This document shows, in pieces, positions 50,810-58,219 of a stretch of DNA of 58,219 bases. The translations under genes and the position numbers were made by a program. How positions within the stretch are numbered: position 1 is the first letter of the stretch; every line of letters begins with the position of its first letter. The notes below the pieces were generated by a model. It ran no database searches, was not told where the DNA came from, and saw only the letters and a list, made by a program, of their open reading frames with translations. Where the stretch lies: the NCBI GenBank assembly GCA_021780735.1, contig JAJXYE010000240.1, positions 1 to 58,219 on the forward strand. The letters run 5' to 3'. Origin of the DNA: Pseudomonadota bacterium. GTDB taxonomy: Bacteria > Pseudomonadota > Gammaproteobacteria > Xanthomonadales > Rhodanobacteraceae.

Positions 50810-51838
50810 ATGTCTGACGCCCTCACCTACCGCGCCGCAGGCGTTGATATCGATGCCGGCAATGCCGTGGTCGAACGCATCAAGCCGCTGGTCAAGCGCA
50901 CCTTCCGCCCGGAGGTGATGGGCGGACTGGGCGGCTTCGGCGGTCTGTTCGATCTCAGCGGTCGGTACCGGGAACCCGTGCTGGTTTCCGGTACCGACGG
51001 CGTCGGCACCAAGCTGAAGCTGGCGCAGATCCTCCAGCGCCACGACACCATCGGCATCGATCTGGTCGGCATGTGCGTCAACGACGTGCTGGTGCAGGGC
51101 GCCGAGCCGCTGTTCTTCCTCGACTACTTCGCCACCGGCAAACTCGACGTCGACACCACCGTGGCGGTGGTTGGCGGCATTGCCAGGGGTTGCGAGCTGG
51201 CCGGCTGCGCCCTGATCGGCGGCGAGACCGCCGAGATGCCCGACATGTATCCGCCGGGGGAATACGATCTGGCCGGCTTCACCGTCGGCGCGGTGGAAAA
51301 ATCGCAGATGCTCAGCGGCGAGACGATCGTCGCCGGCGACGTGATCCTCGGCGTGGCCTCAAGCGGCCCGCACTCGAACGGCTATTCACTGATCCGCAGG
51401 ATTCTCGAGCGCGCAGGCAACCCGCTCGACCTCGACCTTGATGGCGTGTCGCTGGCCGATGCACTGATGGCGCCGACCACGATCTACGTGAAGGCGATGC
51501 TTGAATTGTTGAAGGCGAGCCCGGTACACGGCATGGCCCACATCACCGGCGGCGGCCTGAAGGAGAACATCATCCGCGTGGTGCCGGACGGGCTGGGCAT
51601 TGCCCTGGACGCGTCGAGCATCGTGCTGCCGCCGGTGTTCGACTGGCTGATGCGCGAAGGCAGCGTGGCGCGCGAGGAAATGTGGCGCACGTTCAACTGC
51701 GGCGTGGGTTTCACCGTGATCCTGCCGGGCGATGCGGTCGCCGCCGCCGCCGCGTTGCTGCTCAAGCATGGCCTGGCCAGCTCGGTGATCGGCGAGATCG
51801 TACCCGCCCAGGGCGATGAGCGCGTGCAGATCGGCTGA
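50810..51838 (+). CDS. purM: Phosphoribosylformylglycinamidine cyclo-ligase
   Basis: [37 protein letters not shown]. Confidence 0.97.
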   Translation: MSDALTYRAAGVDIDAGNAVVERIKPLVKRTFRPEVMGGLGGFGGLFDLSGRYREPVLVSGTDGVGTKLKLAQILQRHDTIGIDLVGMCVNDVLVQGAEPLFFLDYFATGKLDVDTTVAVVGGIARGCELAGCALIGGETAEMPDMYPPGEYDLAGFTVGAVEKSQMLSGETIVAGDVILGVASSGPHSNGYSLIRRILERAGNPLDLDLDGVSLADALMAPTTIYVKAMLELLKASPVHGMAHITGGGLKENIIRVVPDGLGIALDASSIVLPPVFDWLMREGSVAREEMWRTFNCGVGFTVILPGDAVAAAAALLLKHGLASSVIGEIVPAQGDERVQIG

Positions 51839-51857
51839 TCGAACGGCAGCACCGATC

Positions 51858-52529
51858 ATGACGTCACAGCCACCACGCGTTGCCGTGCTCGCTTCCGGGC
51901 GCGGCAGCAACCTCGCCGCCCTGCTCGATGCACGCGAGCACGGCGAGCTGCCGGTCGAGTTCGTGCTGGTCGGCAGCGACAAGGCCAGTGCCGGTGCGCT
52001 GCGGCTGGCGGAAGCGGCGAATATCCCCACTCTGGCGCTCGATCCGCGCAGCTACCCGGATCGTCTCGCCTTCGATCTTGACCTGTTCCAGCGCATCGGG
52101 GCCAGCGGGGCCGAATGGCTGGTGCTGGCCGGCTTCATGCGCATCATCGACGGCGCAGCACTGCGCCCCTGGGCTGGCCGGATGATCAATATCCATCCCT
52201 CGCTGCTGCCCAAATACCGCGGCCTGCATACGCACCGACGTGCGCTCGAAGCGGGCGACCGCGAACATGGCGCCAGCGTGCATTTCGTCACCGCCGAACT
52301 CGATGGCGGGCCAGTCATCGCGCAGGCACGACTGACGATTGAGGCTGGCGACGACGAACAGCAGCTGGCGCATCGCCTGCTGCCGCTGGAACACCGCCTT
52401 CTTCCGGCGACGCTGGCCCTGCTCGCCAGCGGGCGTCTGCAGTGGGACGGCCACGCACCCTGCCTCGATGGGCGGCCCCTGCACGCGCCGCTGCTGCTGG
52501 GCGAACACGGCCTGCGCTTGGCGGAGTGA
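51858..52529 (+). CDS. purN: Phosphoribosylglycinamide formyltransferase
   Basis: SGRGSN, LAGFMRI, NIHPSLLP, LDGGP. Confidence 0.96.
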   Translation: MTSQPPRVAVLASGRGSNLAALLDAREHGELPVEFVLVGSDKASAGALRLAEAANIPTLALDPRSYPDRLAFDLDLFQRIGASGAEWLVLAGFMRIIDGAALRPWAGRMINIHPSLLPKYRGLHTHRRALEAGDREHGASVHFVTAELDGGPVIAQARLTIEAGDDEQQLAHRLLPLEHRLLPATLALLASGRLQWDGHAPCLDGRPLHAPLLLGEHGLRLAE

Positions 52530-52564
52530 TCCAGGGTTCAGTCGGTCATTGGCAAACTCGGGGC

Positions 52565-53272
52565 ATGACTACCCGACCCTTGCTCGCCCCCTTTCTCGGC
52601 TTCGCCCTGCTGCTTGCCGCGCCGCTCGTCAGTGCCGCCACGCCGGCCGCGTTTTCCGCCACCTACAACGTGCTGCAGGGCGGCGACCCGGTGGGTGTCG
52701 CCACGATCACCTTGCGCGCCGGCGGCAACGGCGAGTGGATCTACAGCAAGAGCGTCAAGAGCACCGGTGGCCTGGCGGCGATGCTCGGCGCCAGCGTCAA
52801 GGAAAGTTCGCGCTTCCGCTGGAAGGGCGAACTCCCCGAAGCGATCAGCTACGACTACCAGTTGCATACCGGGATCAAGAACAAACAGCGCCACCTGCGC
52901 GTCGACTGGGCAAAAAGCCAGGTGAGCGTCGACGATGGCAAGGGTGCGCAGCACTATCCGGCCAGGCCCGGCATGGTCGAGCGCAACACCCTGCCGCTGG
53001 CACTGGGGCTGGCGCTGCAGGAGGGCAAGCAGCAGGTGGCACTCGCCGTCGCGGTGCGCCAGGAAGTGCAGACCCAGCGCTTCAAGGTAGCCGGCAGGCA
53101 AACCGTCAAGGTGCCGGCCGGAAACTTCAACGCCGAGCGGATCGACCGCACCGATGCCGATCGCGGCTTCAGCGCATGGTATGCACCCCGCCGCTATCCG
53201 CTGCCGGTGAAGCTGTCGCAGCACGACGGCGGTGACCTGGAGCTGGAGCTGGTCAGCTACAAAGTGCCGTAG
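52565..53272 (+). CDS. DUF3108-type exported protein
   Basis: Signal peptide, [19 protein letters not shown], located downstream of purN. Confidence 0.78.
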   Translation: MTTRPLLAPFLGFALLLAAPLVSAATPAAFSATYNVLQGGDPVGVATITLRAGGNGEWIYSKSVKSTGGLAAMLGASVKESSRFRWKGELPEAISYDYQLHTGIKNKQRHLRVDWAKSQVSVDDGKGAQHYPARPGMVERNTLPLALGLALQEGKQQVALAVAVRQEVQTQRFKVAGRQTVKVPAGNFNAERIDRTDADRGFSAWYAPRRYPLPVKLSQHDGGDLELELVSYKVP

Positions 53273-53330
53273 GAGCGCACCCTGTGCGCGATGCTTTTGG
53301 CATGCTGGCGCAAAAGCACCCGCGCATCGT
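53269..53330. repeat. GTAG-family REP with degenerate partner
   Basis: Exact GTAGGAGCGCACCCTGTGCGCGA at 53269-53291, then inner stem TGCTTTTG/CAAAAGCA and a decayed second arm. Confidence 0.8.
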
Positions 53331-53339
53331 GATTTCCAG

Positions 53340-54885
<1,546 letters not shown>

Positions 54886-55089
54886 CGGCGGTTCCATGGG
54901 GGTTCGAGTCGGCTGAGGCATGCTGTTCCGCGCGGCGGAGAAGGCATGGCGCTGACTTATGACGTTAAAATGCGAATGTGCCATGGTAATGGAAATCTAC
55001 TGGCACAGAAACGACAACGCAGCCGGATCGGTGGCAACGTTGTCGACAGGCAAGCCTGCCCACCCCTTCCCTTCGCTGCCAGAGCCCGC

Positions 55090-56100
55090 ATGAACGCACG
55101 CATCGCCCCACCCGCGTCGATCAACCTGAACATGGACGCCATTGCCCGCAGCGCGCGTACCGTGATCGCCACGGAGGCGGCTGCCGTGCAGGCGCTGGAA
55201 CAGCGTATCGGCCCGGAGTTCGTGGAGGCCTGCCGCCTGGTTCTGGGTTGCCAGGGGCGTGTCGTCGTCAGCGGCATGGGCAAGTCCGGCCATGTGGCAC
55301 GCAAGATCGCCGCGACCCTCGCCTCCACCGGCACGCCGGCGTTCTTCGTGCACCCCGGCGAAGCGAGCCACGGCGACCTGGGCATGATCCTGCCGCAGGA
55401 CGTGGTGCTGGCCATTTCCTACTCGGGCGAAACCGACGAGCTGCTGTTCATCCTGCCGGTGATCAAGCGCCAGGGCATCCCGCTTTTGGCCATCACCGGC
55501 AAACCGGGCTCGTCGCTGGCACGCGAAGCGGACGTGCATCTGGACGGCAGCATTTCCAGCGAAGCCTGCCCGCTGGGTCTGGCGCCAACCACCAGCACCA
55601 CGGTGGCGCTGGTGCTCGGCGACGCACTGGCAATCGCCTTGCTGGAAGCGCGCGGCTTCACCTCGGATGATTTCGCCCGGTCGCACCCCGCCGGCGCGCT
55701 GGGTCGGCGCCTGCTGCTGCACATCAGCGACGTGATGCACAGCGGTGACGATGTGCCGCGGGTTCCACCGGATGCCAGCCTTACTGCCGCCCTGGTCGAG
55801 ATGACCCGCAAGCACCTGGGCATGACCGCCGTGGTCGATGCGCAACAGCGCCTGCTGGGCGTGTTCACCGATGGCGACCTGCGCCGGGCACTGGACGACG
55901 AGGACGTGGATCTGCGCGGCGCCAGCGTCGCCGACCTGATGACCCGCGGGCCGAAGACGATCGGAGCCGACAAGCTCGCCGCCGAAGCGGCACAGCTGAT
56001 GGAAAAGCACCAGATCCATGCCTTGCTGGTGGTCGACGACGAACAGCGTGTGGTCGGCGCGCTCAATATTCATGATCTGCTCCGTGCCCGCGTGGTCTGA
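55090..56100 (+). CDS. kdsD: Arabinose-5-phosphate isomerase
   Basis: GMGKSGH, HPGEASHGDLG, APTTST, CBS pair. Confidence 0.95.
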   Translation: MNARIAPPASINLNMDAIARSARTVIATEAAAVQALEQRIGPEFVEACRLVLGCQGRVVVSGMGKSGHVARKIAATLASTGTPAFFVHPGEASHGDLGMILPQDVVLAISYSGETDELLFILPVIKRQGIPLLAITGKPGSSLAREADVHLDGSISSEACPLGLAPTTSTTVALVLGDALAIALLEARGFTSDDFARSHPAGALGRRLLLHISDVMHSGDDVPRVPPDASLTAALVEMTRKHLGMTAVVDAQQRLLGVFTDGDLRRALDDEDVDLRGASVADLMTRGPKTIGADKLAAEAAQLMEKHQIHALLVVDDEQRVVGALNIHDLLRARVV

Positions 56101-56154
56101 TTTGTCTCGACAAATCAGACAAATCAAGCAAGCTCGCTCTTGTGCTCTGAAGCC

Positions 56155-56718
56155 ATGACCCTAGCCGTGTCCAATTCTCCATACCTCACCAATGCTTCAG
56201 GCAACGTCCTCGAACGCGCCGCGAAGATTCGCCTGGCGGTGTTCGATGTGGATGGCACGCTGACCGACGGGCGACTGTGGTACTCCGAGGATGGCCACGA
56301 AACCAAGGTGTTCCATGTCCACGACGGACTCGGCCTGAAGCTGCTGCAGGCCAATGGCGTGGAAGTGGCGCTGATCACCGCGCGAATCAGCCATCCCGTC
56401 GCACTGCGTGCCGAGGAACTGGACATCGCCCACGTCTACCAGGGTCAGGGCAACAAGCGTGCCTGCCTGCTGGAACTGCTCGACGCGCTGCATCTGCAGC
56501 CGGAACAGGCTGCCTTCGTCGGCGACGATCTGCCCGATCTGGCGCCGATGCGCCTGGCCGGGCTCGCCGTGGCGGTGGCCAATGCGCATCCGTGGATCGT
56601 GCAACAGGCGCATTGGCAAACCGCCAAGCGGGGTGGCGAGGGCGCGGCGCGCGAGGTATGCGACCTGCTGCTGCACGCCCAGGGCAAGAGCGATGCCGCA
56701 CTGGAGCAATGGCAGTGA
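56155..56718 (+). CDS. kdsC: KDO-8-phosphate phosphatase
   Basis: FDVDGTLTDG, DGLG, GDDLPD, GAAREV. Confidence 0.94.
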   Translation: MTLAVSNSPYLTNASGNVLERAAKIRLAVFDVDGTLTDGRLWYSEDGHETKVFHVHDGLGLKLLQANGVEVALITARISHPVALRAEELDIAHVYQGQGNKRACLLELLDALHLQPEQAAFVGDDLPDLAPMRLAGLAVAVANAHPWIVQQAHWQTAKRGGEGAAREVCDLLLHAQGKSDAALEQWQ

Positions 56719-57395
56719 AGCTCCACCTGTGGCTGCGCGACCGGCGACTGCCGGTCGCCATCACCGTCATCGCACTGGCCGCCGGCGTGGGCCAGCTGCT
56801 GCTGTGGTGGCTGGGCCCGGCACCGCAAACCCACGATTTCGTCGGCCCGCCACGTTCCGGCTACACCCTGACCAACGCCGATGTCACCGAATACAACGTC
56901 GATGGCAAACCCGGCCTGCGCGTGCAGTCGCCGCATCTGGAGCGCCGCGAAGGCGACGACTCGCTTTATCTCAATGCGCCCACCTTCCAGATGCCGGCCA
57001 AACAGCCCGGTGTGCCGGACTGGCAGGGTCAATCCCTGTACGGCTGGGTGAACAAACCCGGCACACTGCTCAAATTGCAGGGGCCGGTTTTCATCCATCG
57101 CCAGGCCTATGTCGATCAGCATGGCAGGCAGCAGCCGGAAACCACCATGCACACGTCCGAAGTGACCGCATGGCCGAAGGAAAACCGCATGGAAACCGCG
57201 GAGCCGGCACACATTGTTCAAGGCGCACGTACAATGGACGGGATCGGCATGCGCGCCAATCTCGACGACAATCACCTGGAGCTGCTCGATGCTTCCCACA
57301 TCGTTTTTCCGCCACGCGCGCCAAAACTTTCGCCGGCCCGGCCTGGTTCTGCTCGGTCTGCTCATGCTGCAACCGGCCCTGGCCAAACAGGATGA
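56709..57395 (+). CDS. lptC: LPS export periplasmic protein LptC
   Basis: N-terminal TM, GPPRSGYTL, GIGMRANL, synteny. Confidence 0.85.
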   Translation: MAVKLHLWLRDRRLPVAITVIALAAGVGQLLLWWLGPAPQTHDFVGPPRSGYTLTNADVTEYNVDGKPGLRVQSPHLERREGDDSLYLNAPTFQMPAKQPGVPDWQGQSLYGWVNKPGTLLKLQGPVFIHRQAYVDQHGRQQPETTMHTSEVTAWPKENRMETAEPAHIVQGARTMDGIGMRANLDDNHLELLDASHIVFPPRAPKLSPARPGSARSAHAATGPGQTG

Positions 57396-57927
57396 CCGGC
57401 AGAAACCGATGGATGTGCACGCCGTGCATACCGACGGCTTCTATGCACCCAATTCCGTAACGACCCTCACTGGCAAGGTCGTGCTCACCCAGGGCACGCT
57501 GAAGGCCACCGGCGATGTGGCCAAGGTCTACATGGACGCCGATCAGCAGATCAGCCGGATCGTGATCACCGGCAAGCCCGCGCACATCCAGCAGCTGGAC
57601 GACAACGGCAACCTGATGACCGGTGACGCACAGACGCTCGACTACGACAATGTCAACGGCATCGCGACCCTGATCGGACAAGCCGTGGTGCACCAGCAGG
57701 GGCGTGGCGAAGCCCATGGCGACAAGCTGACCTACAACACGCAGACCAGCTACATGACCGGCAGCAGCGGCAGCGACGGCCTGGTGCACATGATTTTCCT
57801 GCCGAAGCCAAGGCCGGCGAGCACTGCGACACCGGCCGGCAAGCCTGCTGCGAGCTCCACTTCGGCGCTGCCGCAGACAGCGCCGGCGGGCGCCGCGAGC
57901 AGCGCCGCAGCGCAGGGGCATCGCTGA
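57289..57927 (+). CDS. lptA: LPS transport periplasmic protein LptA
   Basis: Signal peptide, DRQKPM, LTQGTL, GDKLTYN. GGAG RBS before ATG 57289. Confidence 0.9.
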   Translation: MLPTSFFRHARQNFRRPGLVLLGLLMLQPALAKQDDRQKPMDVHAVHTDGFYAPNSVTTLTGKVVLTQGTLKATGDVAKVYMDADQQISRIVITGKPAHIQQLDDNGNLMTGDAQTLDYDNVNGIATLIGQAVVHQQGRGEAHGDKLTYNTQTSYMTGSSGSDGLVHMIFLPKPRPASTATPAGKPAASSTSALPQTAPAGAASSAAAQGHR

Positions 57928-57931
57928 TTCC

Positions 57932-58219
<288 letters not shown>

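Noticed and set aside
55032-55045. TGGCAACGTTGTCG, a LacI-like palindrome upstream of kdsD
   Set aside because: Single imperfect instance that differs from both local operators.

Overview
High-GC gammaproteobacterial chromosome segment. Gene content, gene order (hda-purMN-murA-kdsDC-lptCAB) and GTAG-type REP elements suggest Xanthomonadales/Rhodanobacteraceae (inference). From about 5.9 to 40.6 kb lies a large carbohydrate-utilisation region of two interleaved LacI regulons. The alpha-glucan (maltodextrin/starch) set has three GH13, a GH31, a six-hairpin glycosidase, a TonB-dependent receptor and an MFS permease, and is marked by five exact copies of TGAATACGTATGCA. A nested beta-glucan set has a GH3, a second TonB-dependent receptor and a second LacI, and is marked by TGACAGCGCTGTCA. 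Both motifs meet upstream of one sugar-porter gene. Three intact flavin-dependent 'tryptophan halogenase' paralogs sit at or downstream of these operators, together with an HD-GYP protein, a sulfotransferase-family gene, ggt and an SPFH gene. No flavin reductase or biosynthetic scaffold genes are visible. This sugar-regulated halogenase/tailoring system of unknown substrate is the best candidate for an undescribed system. The rest is housekeeping genes plus decayed genes (pit, GNAT, a probable GT9 remnant). No rRNA, tRNA, transposase or CRISPR array was recognised. All calls are by eye from motifs and synteny; no database search was run.
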